A stretch of DNA of 64,000 nt from Felis catus (taxonomy: Eukaryota): NCBI RefSeq assembly GCF_018350175.1, contig NC_058373.1, positions 100,256,001 through 100,320,000 on the forward strand, in the 5' to 3' direction. How positions within the stretch are numbered: position 1 is the stretch's first letter; each line of letters opens with the position of its first letter. This document shows positions 28,121 through 40,366 of the stretch, piece by piece. Both the position numbers and the translations under genes were made by a program. The notes beneath the pieces were generated by a model. That model worked only from the letters and a program-made list of their open reading frames with translations, made no database searches and was not told where the DNA came from.

Positions 28121-28346
28121 TTTTTTTTTTTTTTAATTTTTTTTAATGTTTATTTATTTTTGAGACAGAGAGAGACAGAGCATGAATGGGGGAGGGTCAG
28201 AGAGAGGGAGACACAGAATCTGAAACAGGCTCCAGGCTCTGAGCTGTCAGCACAGAGCCCGACGCGGGGCTCGAACTCAAGGACTATGAAATCATGACCT
28301 GAGCCGAAGTCGGCCGCTTAACCGACTGAGCCACCCAGGCGCCCCC
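28121..28346 (-). mobile_element. CanSINE (SINEC_Fc)
   Basis: Full body in reverse ending CCACCCAGGCGCCCC. Confidence 0.94.
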
Positions 28347-28711
28347 TTAATTTGATATATTGAAAGCATTCTCATTAAGCTTAGGAACAAGTAGCATAAA
28401 GGAGAAAAGATCTAAGTGGATCTTGTGGTGAGAAAGATATCCTTGGAACTCTGCAACACTGGCTCAATATAAGTAAATGAATTATGTTTATTGATTATAA
28501 AACTCAATATTGTTTTCTTAAAATAATGTCTTCCCAAAATGATCTATAAATTCAATGCAATATCAATCAAAATCCAAATGAAACGTGTGTGTGTGTGTGT
28601 GTAACTTGTTAAACTATATCTATAATTTATATGTAAGAGCCATAAATATGAAGAATAAGATGGGGAGATTTGCCATAGAGGTTACCTTATTAAAAAGCTA
28701 TAGTAACTGAG

Positions 28712-29539
28712 CCTTTTGGCTCCTTGAACCTTGTCATGGCCATTGGCAAGAACGAGCACCTTACAAAAGGTGGCAGAAAGGAAGCCAAGAAGAAAGTGGT
28801 TGATCCATTTTCTAAGAAGGATTGGTATGATGTGAAAGCACCAGCTATGTTCAGTATAAGAAATATTGGAAAAACACTAGTCCACCAGAACTCAAGGAAC
28901 CAAAATCACATCTGATGGCCTCAAGGGTCGTGTTTTTGAAGTGAGCCTTGTTGATCTGCAGAAAGTTGTATTCAGAAATTCAAGATAATTTTTGAGGATG
29001 TTCAGGGCAAGAACTGCCTAAGTTCCATGGCATGGATCTTATCTGTGACAAAATGTGCTCCTTGGTCAAAAATGGCAGACCCTGATTGAAGCCCATGTTG
29101 ATGTCAAGACTACTGATGTTTATTTGCTTCATCTATTCTGTATTGGTTTTACTAAAAAATGTAACAATCAGATTTAGAAGACCTCTTATGCTCAGCACCA
29201 ACAGGTCCACCAAAATTCAGAAAAAGATGATGGAGATCATGACGTGGGAGGTGCAGATAAATGACTTGAAAGAAGTGGTCAATAAATTGATTCCAGACAG
29301 CTTTGGAAAAGACATAGAAAAGTCTTGTCAATCTCTTTATCCACTCTATGCTGTCTTTGTTAAAAATGTAAAAATGCTGAAGAAGCCTGTGTTTGATTTG
29401 GGAAAGCACATGGAGCTTCATGGTGAAGGTAGTGGTTCTGGAAAAGTTACTGGGGATGAGACTGGTACTAAAGTTGAATAAAACCTGTTTAAAATTTAGA
29501 TATTTAATGGTGACAAATAAAAAATGTTTTAAAAAAAAA
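28712..29539 (+). pseudogene. RPS3A: RPS3A (40S ribosomal protein eS1) processed pseudogene
   Basis: Pyrimidine-rich 5' start CCTTTTGGCTC, ATG 28736 [39 protein letters not shown], later KKMMEIM...[14 protein letters not shown]...GDETGTKVE; frameshifts, C-terminal deletion, AATAAA 29516-29521, poly(A); degenerate TSD AAAAAGCTATAGTAA / AAAAACGTATAGTAA (~28692 and ~29766). Confidence 0.96.
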
Positions 29540-29760
29540 GGGACGCCTGGGTGGGTCAGTTGGCTAAGCATCCAACTTTGTTCGGCTCAGGTCATGATCT
29601 CAAGGCTCGTGGGTTTGAGCGCCACATCCGGCTCTGTGCTGACAGCTCAGAGCCTGGAGCCTGCTTAATATTCTGTGTCTCCCTCTCTCTCTGCCGCTCC
29701 CTGACCTGTGCTCTGTCCCTCTTCTCTAAGATGAATAAACACCAAAAAAAAAAAAAAAAA
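29540..29760 (+). mobile_element. CanSINE inserted in the RPS3A poly(A) tail
   Basis: SINE head directly follows the retrocopy A tail and lies inside the RPS3A TSD pair. Confidence 0.92.
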
Positions 29761-30035
29761 TAGAAAAAAACGTATAGTAATTTTAAGATAGTGTTACTGG
29801 TTTAAGGATAGAAAAAGTGACCAATAGAATAGAACAGGGTACCCAAACAGAACCACACCTATATGGAAACTTGATTTGTGACAGATTTTTTTTGTGGATC
29901 AGTGAAAGAAAAAATGGACTTAAAAAAAGTGTTAATACAGTTTAAAAGCGTGACATTAAACCCCTACCTCTTATGCACTAGAATAAATTCCAAATAGATC
30001 GATGATTGGAATGAGAGGGGCAAATGGTAAAACTT

Positions 30036-33000
30036 CTTTTTTTATTAATAATGTATTTATTTTTTAATTTACATCCAAGTTAGTTAGCATATAGTGCGTT
30101 TCAGGAGTAGATTCCTTAATTCCCCTTACCCATTTAGCCCATTCCCCTCCCACAACCCCTCCAGTAACCCTCTGTTTGTTCTCTATATTTAAGAATCTCT
30201 TATGTTTTGTCCCTGTCCCTGTTTTTATATTATTTTTGCTTCCCTCCCTTAATGTTCATCTGTTTGGTATCTTGAAGTCCTCATATGAGAGAAGTCATAT
30301 GGTATGTCTTTCTCTAATTTCGCTTAGCATAATACCCTTCAGTTCCATCCATGTAGTTGCAAATGGCAAGATTTCATTGTTTTTGATTGCCGAGTAATAC
30401 TCCATTGTGTATATATACCACATCTTCTTTATCCATTCATCCATCGGTGGACATTTGGGCTCTTTCCATACTTTGGCTGTTGTTGATAGTGCTGCTATAA
30501 ACATTAGGGTACATATGCCCCAGGATCCCGTGGATAAATGCCTAGTAGTGCAATTGCTGGGTCATAGGGTAGTTCTATTTTTAATTTTTTGAGGAACCTC
30601 CATACTGTTTTCCAGAGTGGCTGCACCACCTTGCATTCCCACCAGCAGTGCAAAAGAGATCCTCTTTCTCAGCCTCCTTGCCAACATCTGTTGTTGCCTG
30701 AGTTGTTAACGTCAGCCATTCTGACAGGGGTGAGGTGGTATCTCATTGTGGTCTTGATTTGTATTTCCCTGATGATGAGTGATGTTGAGCATTTTTTATG
30801 TGTCGGTTGGCCATCTGGATGTCTTCCTGGAAGAAGTATCTATTCATGTCTTTTGCCCATTTCTTCACTGGATTGTTTTTTGGGTGTTGAGTTTGGTAAG
30901 TTCTTTATAGATTCTGGATACTAACCCTTTATCTGATATGTCATTTGCAAATATCTTCTCCCATTCTGTTGGTTGCCTTTTAGTTTTGCTGATTGCTTCC
31001 TTCGCTGTGCAGAAGCTTTTTATTTTGATGAGGTCCCAGTAGTTCATTTTTGCTTTTGTTTCCTTGCCTCTGGAGACGTGTTGAGTAAGAAGTTGCTGCA
31101 GACAAGTTCAAAGAGGTTTTTGCCTGCTTTCTTCTCGAGGATTTTGATGACTTCCTGTCTTACATTGGGTCTTTTATCCATTTTGAGTTCATTTTTGTGT
31201 ATAGCATAAGAAAGTGGGCCAAGTTCATTTTTCTGCATGTTGCTCTCCAGTTTTCCCAGCGCCACTTGCTGAAGAGACGGTCTTTATTCCACTGGATATT
31301 CTTTCCTGCTTTGTCAAAGATTAGTTGGCCATACGTTTGTGAGTCCATTTCTGGGTTCTCTATTCTGTTCCATTGATCTGAGTGTCTGTTTTTGTGCCAG
31401 TACCATACTGTCTTGATGATTACAGCTTTGTAGTATAGCTTGAAGTCTGGGGTTGTGATGTCTCCTGCTTTGGTTTTCTTTTTCAAGATTGCTTTGGCTA
31501 TTCGGGGTCTTTTCTGGTTCCATACAAATTTTAGGATTGTTTGTTTGAGTTCTGTGAAGAATGCTGGTGTTATTTTGATAGATATTTCACTGAATATGTA
31601 GATTACTTTGGGTAGTATTGACATTTTAACAATATTTGTTCTTCCTATCTAGGAGCATGGAATGTTTTTCCATTTTTTGTATCTTCTTCAGTTTCCTTCA
31701 TAAGCTTTCTATAGTTTCCAGTGTATAGATTTTTCACCTTGTTGGTTAGATTTATTCCTAGGTATTTTATGGTTTTTGGTGCAATTGTAAATGGGATTCA
31801 TTCCTTGATTTCTCTTTCTCTTTCTTTATTGTTGGCGTATAGGAATGCAACTGATTTCTGTGCATTGATTTTATTTATATCCTGTGACTTTGCTGAATTC
31901 ATGGATCAGTTCTAGCAGTTTTTTGGTGGAGTCTTTTGGGTTTTGCATATAGAATATCATGTCATCTGTGAAGAGTGAAACTTTGACCTCCTCCTGGCTA
32001 ATTTGGATGCCTTTTATTTCTTAGTGTTTTCTGATTGCTGAGGCTAAGGCTTCCAATACTATGTTGAATAACAGTGGCGAGAGTGGACATCCCTGTCTTG
32101 TTCCTGACCTTAGAGGGAAAGGTCTCAGTTTTTCTCCATTGAGGATGATATTAGTGGTAGATCTTTCATATATGGCTCTTATGATCTTGTGGTATGATCC
32201 CTTTATCCCTACTTTCTTGAGGGTTTTTATCAAGAAAGGGTGCTATATTTTGTCAATGCTTTCTCTGCATCTATTGAGAGGATCATGCGGTTCTTTTCCT
32301 TTCTTTTATTGGTGTGATGTATCCCATTGATTATTTTGTGGATATTGAACCAGCCCTGCATCCCAGGTATAAATCTCACTTGATCAGGGTGAATAATTTT
32401 TTTAATGTATTGTTAGACCTGGTTGGCTAGTATCTTGCTGCAGATTTTTGCATCCATATTCATCAGGGAAATTGGTCTATAGTTCTCCTTTTCAGTGGTC
32501 TTTGTCTGGTTTTAGAATCACTGGCTTCATAGAAAGAGTTTGGAAGTTTTCCTTCCATTTCTATTTTTTGGAACAGCTTCAGGAGAGTAGGTGCTAACTC
32601 TTCTTTAAATGTTTGATAGGTGGGAATGCAAGCTGGTGCAGCCACTCTGGAAAACAGTATGGAGGTTCCTCAAAAAAACTAAAAATAGAACTGCCCTACA
32701 ACCCAGCAATTGCACTACTAGGCAGTTATCCACGGGATACAGGTGTGCTGCTTCGAAGGGACACATGCACCCCCATGTTTATAGCAGCACTATCAATAAT
32801 AGCCAAAGTATGGAAAGAGCCCAAATGTCCATCGATGGATGAATGGATAAAGAAGATGTGGTATACATATACAATGGAGTATTACTCGGCAGTCAAAAAG
32901 AATGAAATCTTGCCATTTGCAACTACATGGATGGAACTGGAGGGTATTATACGAAGTGAAATTAGTCAATCAGAGAAAGACAAAAATCATATGACTTCAC

Positions 33001-33875
33001 TCATATGAGGACTTTAAGAGAGAAAACAGATCAACATAAGGGAAGGGAAACAAAAATATAAAAACAGGGAGGGAGACAAAACAGAAGAGACTCATAAATA
33101 TGGAGAACAAACGGAGGGTTACTGGAGGGATTGTGGGAGGGGGGATGGGCTAAATGGGTAAGAGGCACTGAGGAATCTACTCCTGAAATCATTGTTACCC
33201 TCTATGCTAACTAATTTGATGTAAATTTTAAAAAATAAAAAATAAAACAAGTTAAAAAAAATATTTAAAAAAATGTTTGATAGGATTCCTCTAGAAAGCC
33301 ATCTGGTCCTGGATTCTTGTTTTTTTGGAGATTTTTGGTTACTAATTCGATTTCTCTACTGGTTATGGGTCTGTTCAAATTTTCTGTTACTTCCCATTTC
33401 AATTTTGGTAGTTTATGTGTTTCTAGGAATTTGTCCATTTCTTCCAGATTGCCCATTTTATTGGCATATAACTGCTCATAATATTCTCTTATTATTGTTT
33501 GTATTTCTGTTGTGTTGGTTGTGATCTCTCCTCTTTCATTGTTGATTTTATTTATTTGGGTCCTTTCCTTTTTCTTTTTGATCAAACTGGCTAGGTTTTA
33601 TCAGTTTTGTTAATTCTTTCAAAGAACCAGCATCTGGTTTCATTGATCTGTTCTACTCTTTGTTGTTGTTGTTATTGTTGTTGTTGTTTTTTGGTTTTGA
33701 TAGCATTGATTTCTGCTCTGGTCCTTATTATTTCCTGTCTTCTGCTGGTTTGAGGTTTATTTGCTGTTCTTTTTCCAGCTCTTTAAGGTGTAAAGTTAGG
33801 TTGTGTATCTGAGACCTTTCTTCCTTCTTTAGGAAGGCCTGGATTGCTATATACTTCCCTCTTATGACCGCCTTT
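30036..33875 (-). mobile_element. 5'-truncated feline L1 (ORF2 3' two-thirds plus 3'UTR)
   Basis: Minus-strand ORF2 peptides ([38 protein letters not shown]); T-rich tail at ~30036; TSD TAAAA(C/T)TTCTT at 30028-30038 and 33879-33889. Confidence 0.95.
32621..33270 (+). mobile_element. Short L1 3' end inserted antisense into an L1 of the same family
   Basis: TSD AAATGTTTGATAGG at 32607-32620 and 33271-33284; host L1 resumes collinearly. Confidence 0.96.
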
Positions 33876-33944
33876 TGATAAAATTTCTTGAAAACCATAT
33901 AGAAAAATATTTTATGGCTTTGGAGTCCAAATGGATTTCTTTCT

Positions 33945-34164
33945 TTTTTTTTTTTTTAATGTTTATTTTTGAGAGAGAGAGTGAGAGAGTGAGTGAGTTT
34001 GGGGGCGGGGAGGGGCAGAGAGAGAGGGAGACTCAGAACCTGAAGCAAGCTCCAGGCTCTGAACTGTCAGCACAGAGCCCGATGCCAGGCTTGAAGTCAC
34101 CAACTGTGAGATCATAACCTGAGCTGAAGCAGACATTTAACTGACTGAGCTATCTAGGCGCCCC
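33945..34164 (-). mobile_element. CanSINE
   Basis: Reverse SINE body; flanks resemble GTCCAAA..GATTTCTT on both sides. Confidence 0.9.
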
Positions 34165-34219
34165 AGTCCAAAAAGATTTCTTAAAGGAGATTCACAAAGT
34201 ATAAATCAAAAAACAAAGA

Positions 34220-35257
34220 TGACAGCCAAAACAGTCTTGAAAAAGAAGTCCAAATTTGGAGGATTCACACTTCCCAATTTCAAACCTAGTACAAAACTAC
34301 AGTGATGAAGATACTGTGGTGATGGCATGAGGAAAGACATAGATCACTGGAATAAAATGGAGAATCCAGATATAAACTCTTCCATTTATGGTCAATTGAT
34401 TTTTCACAAGGGTGCCAAAATAAGTCAATGGAGAAAAAATTATCTTTTCAAAAACTGGTCCTGGGACAACTGAATATCCACACATGAAAGAATGAAATTG
34501 GATTCCTACCGGAACCTTACACAAAAATTAACTAAAAATGGATCATAGACCTAAATGTTAAAAAACAAAACAACCCCCCCCCCCAAAAAAAAAACCCACT
34601 ATAGAACTGCAAGAGGAATAACTGAGTGGCTTAGTTGGTTAAACATCCGACTCTTTATTTTGGCTCAGGTCATGATCTTATGGTAGTGATATCGAACCCC
34701 ACATTGGGATTGTGCTGGGCATGGAGCCTGGTTTAGATTCTCTCTCCCTCCCCTGATTGCACTTGCTCTAAAAACAAAACAAAAGCAAGGAACACCCCCC
34801 CCGCCCCCCGCAACACACATTTAAAACTACTAGAAGAAAACATAGGGGTAAATCTTAGTGAACTTGGGTTAGGCAGTGATCTCTGAGATACAACCCCAAA
34901 AGACAAGTGACAGAAAAGAAAATTTGAAAAATTGGATTTCATCAAAATGAAAAACTTTTGTGGAAGAAGCTATACCATCAAGAAAGTAAAGGACAGAAGT
35001 GCCTGGTTGGCTCAGTTGGGGAGTTTGTGACCCTTGATCTCAGGTTATGAGTCTGAGCCTCATATTGGGTATAGAAATAACTTTAAAATAATTAAATCTT
35101 TAAAAAAAGCAGGGGAGGGGGAGAGTGCCTGGGTGGCTTAGTCAGTTAAGCTGTGACTCTTGATTTTTGGCTTGGGTCATGATCTCACGGTTTGTGAGAC
35201 TAATCCCTGCCTTGGGCTCTGTACAGACAGCACAGAGCCTGCTTGAGGTTCATTCTC

Positions 35258-35312
<55 letters not shown>

Positions 35313-35420
35313 GTCCCTCCTTTGCTTTTGAGGGAGCATGTGCACTTTCTCTCTCTCTCAAAATAAATAGGCAAAAAGAAATTAAAAGACATCTCATATA
35401 GTGGGAGAAAATACTGAGGG
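34220..35420 (+). mobile_element. Old L1 ORF2 3' fragment interrupted by three + strand CanSINEs (~34615-34790, ~34997-35108, ~35122-35385)
   Basis: ACAGCCAAAACAGTCTTGAAAAAGAAG...GGTCAATTGATTTTTCACAAGGGTGCCAA...AAAACTACTAGAAGAAAACATAGG; SINE heads and tails. Confidence 0.8.
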
Positions 35421-36467
35421 TGGTAAAGAAAGCCCTCTAACAGAGCACAGATGCAAATGCTGGCGGTCAAGAAAGCAAGCCCTGTTAATATTAAGGCCTG
35501 AAGACATATGGATAGGGCACCAACAGTATCTGCTACACAGTCCCAGGCTCTCTTCAGCAGAATTAGGCAGGCCCTCGTCTTAGCTTGAGTTTCCTCAAAA
35601 AGTATACATAACCTGAGGCAAAAAACTTATGTGCTATTATTAAGGCAAGCAGTTCCAAGAAACAGGGATAGGAAAAGAGAAATGAAGCAGAGGAGGGAGA
35701 ACCAATATGAAATTGCATTGTGGACTTAGGCCATTATTAAATGCTATTGATTGCTTGATCTCTTGGGCAAGTCCTTAAGAAGCCTTAAAAAACCCTTGAA
35801 CTTTTGCACTTGAAAACCTAAGAAGCACCTGAATACAATTTTTAAAATCCTGGTTTTCCCTCACAGGGTTAGTTGATATCTGTAAATTAAGACTCTCTTA
35901 GACCTCATTCATACCTTAGGTTCCCTTTAATCAATATCCAACACATAATTGGTGGTAATGGATAGCAGGGATAATTGAAATCCACAGAATAATAGCTACC
36001 ATTTAGTAAGTACAAGGCAGTTTTATATAATATCTAATCCTCACAAAGTAGCTTTTGTTATACTGATTTTATTAATGTGCAAGCTGAGATTCAGCTAACT
36101 TAAGGAGCATGGCCAACATCACAAAACTAGCAAGTAGCAGACCAGGTTTTGGAAACATGTCTTTTTTTTTTTTTTAACTCCCATAAACAATGTTCTTTCT
36201 ATTATATCAGGATGCCTCATAGAAGAAAGGATTGAAATTCCTAAATCTCATCTTAGCCAATACTTTTAAAAAATGTTATTTATTTTTTAAATAGGTCATA
36301 CAAACACATGGTTTAAAATGCAAGAAATACAAAAGCATATTCAATGAAAACTCTCCTTTAAACCCTGTCCAGTTCCTCTTTTCAGGGGCAACTAATTTTA
36401 CCAGTTTCTTGTGTATTTTCTCTAAAATATTTATGCATAAATATAAATACTATTTTTTACCCTTTTA

Positions 36468-36665
36468 TTTAAATGTTTATTTTTGAGAGAGAGAGTGAGA
36501 GAGAACATGAGTGGGTGAAGGGCAGAGAGAAAAGAAGGCAGAGGATCCGAAGTGGGTTCAGCACTGACAGCAGAGTGCCCAGTGCAGGGCTCGAACTCAT
36601 GAACTATGAGGTCATGACCTGAGCCATAGTCAGATGCTTAACCGACGGAACCACCCAGGTGCTCC
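36468..36665 (-). mobile_element. CanSINE
   Basis: Reverse body; TSD TTTTACCCTTTTA. Confidence 0.9.
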
Positions 36666-36899
36666 TGTGTTTTACCCTTTTAACAGAAATGGAGTTATTC
36701 TATGAAATGTATACTGTTGTTAGACATCTTAGAGTATTAAAAAAAATAAATGGTTGTAACATTTTAGGCTTTGTGTATATAAGAGTATGTAAAAAGCACT
36801 TTTCTAAGATGCATGTTTCTGACGAATTCTATTCAAGCATAATTTATTATTGTTTGGCATGTCTATTACCTCTGCTCAATATAGTTTTTGTTTGCTATT

Positions 36900-37092
36900 T
36901 CTTTGTCATGAAAGAGCCAGATAGTAAATATTTTAGGCTTTGTGATCTCTGTCATGACTACTCAACTCTGCTGTTAGAGCACAAAAACAGCCATTGACAA
37001 TATATAAACATGCTGGATTCCAATAAAACTTTACTTACAAAAACATGTGGCAGGCCAGATTTGACCTGTAGGTCATAGTTTGCTGACTCTCT
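36900..37092. mobile_element. MER58-like hAT DNA transposon relic
   Basis: AAGAGCCAGATAGTAAATATTTTAGGCTTTGTG...CCAATAAAACTTTA...GGCCAGATTTGACCTGTAGGTCATAGTTTGCTGAC. Confidence 0.8.
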
Positions 37093-37424
37093 TAGGGGTG
37101 CTTTTTTTTAAACTAGAAAAAACAGCATTGTGTACTAGCACACCAGCATTGTACAGGAACAGCAGCATGATGAAATAAACCCCTGATTTGTACTGTTGGT
37201 CAATTTCTGTAGGGTCAACCCTTCCAATAAAATGGCTGGCTTCAAGGTCCCAAAAGTTTAGCAATCAGATTGCAGAATTCCTAAATATTTAACAATGGTT
37301 CTCATGATCTGATGAGAGACTGTTACAGCCTACCACTGCATGCAAAACCTTGGGATACAGGATAATGTACTAGGAGTAGCTAAAGCCAAAGAAAATATAG
37401 GGAGAAAAAAGTTTTGCTTTTTAA

Positions 37425-37623
37425 AAAAAAAATTTTTATGTTTGTTTATTTTTGAGAGAGGGAGAGCACTTGAGTGGGGGAGGTGAAGAGAGAGAGGGAG
37501 ACAGAGGATCTGAAGTGGGCATTGCGCTGATAGCAGAGAACCTGATGCAGGACTCAAACTCATGAAGGTGACATCATGACCTGAGCCAAAGTTGGATGCT
37601 CACCTGAGCCACCCAGGTGCCCC
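37425..37623 (-). mobile_element. CanSINE
   Basis: Reverse body ending GAGCCACCCAGGTGCCCC. Confidence 0.9.
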
Positions 37624-37654
37624 TTTTGCCCTTTTTCCTTTCTTCCTTCTTTCT

Positions 37655-37656
37655 CT

Positions 37657-37719
<63 letters not shown>

Positions 37720-37722
37720 CTC
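37655..37722. repeat. (TTTC)n microsatellite
   Basis: Directly visible. Confidence 0.95.
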
Positions 37723-38869
37723 TTAAAGGTTTTGATACACATGAATAAACAAAATTTGTAAAATGTACCTCTTCATACTCACTGGCATTTTTGTTGTTTT
37801 TAATTGTAAAACATGGAGAAAAAATTTTATGTAGACGGAGAGATCACTTTTGTATTATCAGGAAATCTAGTGACATTGGCACTGAAGTTAAGTGTAAAGT
37901 GAAAAGGGCTGGAACAAAAAATGTGTATGTGCATATAAAACATGTATGTTATATGTGTGTATATTATGTATATGTGAATATTATATGTAATATTTAGTAT
38001 ATTTTGAATACACGTGTTTTATATCACATATCATTTTCACGTCCTTTCGTGGTTTAAACTTTTTTCTTTTTTCTATGTCTAGTGATTTTTTATTGGATAT
38101 CAGATGTTCCAAATGTTATCTTGTTAAGTATTTGCATTTTGTTGTCTTTTTTTCAGTTTTGAAATTTATTTTTGCACACAGGTTATTAGGGTAGTTGTGG
38201 ATCAACTTGATATTTTCAAGGATTATTTTCAGCTTTGTTAGAGTGTGCCTAGAATAGCCTTTGCTGACGGGCTAGTTTAATATTCCACCTTTACCCCTCT
38301 GATTGCCCTGTCACTCAGTGAGGTCTCTGTTCTGGCTGGGTACAATTTGAACATCGCAGAGTCCTCTCTGTGCTCTGAGAATGTGCAGCTTACAGCCTCC
38401 GGTAGTTGTCCAAAAAAACCGGTAGTTGTCTCATATATTTTGTCCAGGTTTCTAATTGTTTACCGTTGGAGAGCAAGTTCCATACCAGCTCCTTCTTCAG
38501 GATCAGTAATGGAGCTCAACATCTTGACAGTGTTGAGTCTTCCAATCCCTGTATATTTAGGTCTTCTTTGCAATTTTAAATAAACTATTAAAATTCTCTC
38601 CATAAATTCTCTGCATACCATCTAACATTTAGAGTTAGCATTGTTCCCAAGTCTTCATACTTTTATTCCATTGCAAAGGGTATCCTTTTAAAATTTTTAT
38701 TTTCTACCTGCTAGTTGCTAGTATGAAGGAAAAAAAATATTGTAGATTGATTTTACTAAGCAGCAACTTTGTATGTTGATTTTTCTATCCAGTAATTAAA
38801 GTATTAATTATTTTGAATTACTTAGATATCATTTTCAAATATGGAATAATGATAGTTTTGTTTCATTAT

Positions 38870-39006
38870 TTTTTAAGTTTATTTCTTATTTAAGTAGTCT
38901 CTACACTTAAAGTGGGGCTCAAATACACGACCCCAAAATCAAGAGCCTCATGCTCTTCTGACTGAGCCAGCGAGGTGCCCATAGTTTGTTTAATTTCAAT
39001 CCATAT

Positions 39007-39050
<44 letters not shown>

Positions 39051-39350
39051 CCTTGCCCTACTTCACTTTTTAAGAGGTCTAATTAACTACTGAATAGATG
39101 TTCCTTTCTATTTGTAGATAGCTGAGATTTTAAAAAATTTTTAATTCCAGGGGCACATGGGTGGCTCAGGCAGGTAAGCTTCCAACTCTTGGTATCGGCT
39201 CAGTTCATGATCTTGGCGTTTTGTGGGTTTGAGCCCCACATCAGGCTCCACGGTGACAGTGCAGAGCCTGATTGGGATTCTCTCTCTCCCTCTCTCTCTG
39301 CCCCTCCTCTGCTTACTCTCTCTGTCTCTCTTGAAATGAATAAACTTAAA
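38870..39350. mobile_element. Short minus-strand CanSINE (~38870-38980), (GT)n (~39006-39048) and + strand CanSINE (39150-39350)
   Basis: SINE heads and tails, and the microsatellite, are visible. Confidence 0.85.
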
Positions 39351-40331
39351 TTTTTTTTTTTAATTTTAATTCCAGTGTAGTTAACATACAGTGTTATATT
39401 CATTTCAGGTGTACAATATAGTGATTCCACAATTCCATATATTACTCAGTGCTCATCAAGATAAGTGTCCTTTTCAAAAACACAAGGAACAATAAGTGTT
39501 GCTGAGGATGTGGAGAAAGGGGAACCATCCTTCACTCTTGATGGGAATACACAGTGGTGCAGCCACTGTGGAAAACAGTAGGGAGCTTCCTCAAAAGGTT
39601 AAAAATAGGACTACCCTACGATCCAGTAATCAAACTACTGGGTGTTTACCCAAAGAATACAAAAACACTAATTTGAAGGGATGCATGCACCCCTATGTTT
39701 TTTGCAGCATGATTTACAATAGCCAAATTATGGGACCAGCCCAAGTGTCCATTAATAGATGAATGGATAAAGAAGATGTGAGATGGATATCTATATGTAT
39801 AGATACATATATCTATATTTATCTACCTATAGGTAGCTATCTAGCTATCTAGCTATGGAAACAGACTCTTAACTATAGAGAACAAACTGATGGTTACCAG
39901 AGGGGAATGGGGAGGGGGGGACAGGGTTGGGTGGAATAAGTGATGGGGATTAAAAAGTACACTTTCCATGATGAGCACTGAGTAATGTATAGAATTGTTC
40001 AATCACTATATATTATACATCTGAAACTAATAGGACACTGTATATTAACTATACTGGAATTAAAATTAAAAACTTAATAAAAAATAAGTATACTCTGTCT
40101 CCTATAGTTAAGAGTCTGTTTTTTGGTTTGTCTCTTTTTTTTCCTTTATTCCATTGTTTTGTTTCTTAAATTACATATATGAGTGAAATCATATGGTATT
40201 TGTCTTTCTCTGATTGGCTTATCTCACTTAGCATTATACCCTTTAGATCCATCCATGTTGTTGTAAATGACAAGCTTTCATTCTTTTTTCATGACTAATA
40301 TTCCATTTGTGTGTGTGGGGTGTGTGTGTGT

Positions 40332-40366
<35 letters not shown>

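Larger units (their letters stand above)
26540..30030 (+). mobile_element. Highly decayed ancient L1 ORF2 scaffold, host of the RPS3A retrocopy and SINEs; continues after 33880
   Basis: Collinear degraded ORF2 motifs (ACAATTATAATGAGAGATTTCAAC, GATAAAATTCAAC, GATCTATAAATTCAATGCAAT, AAAAAGCTATAGTAA...GACCAATAGAATAGAA). Confidence 0.65.

Noticed and set aside
37073..37264. 63-aa minus-strand ORF with a hydrophobic stretch; also a box C/D-like ATGATGA...CTGA motif
   Set aside because: No ATG start, no convincing splice sites or recognisable homology; the C and D motifs are too close for a snoRNA.
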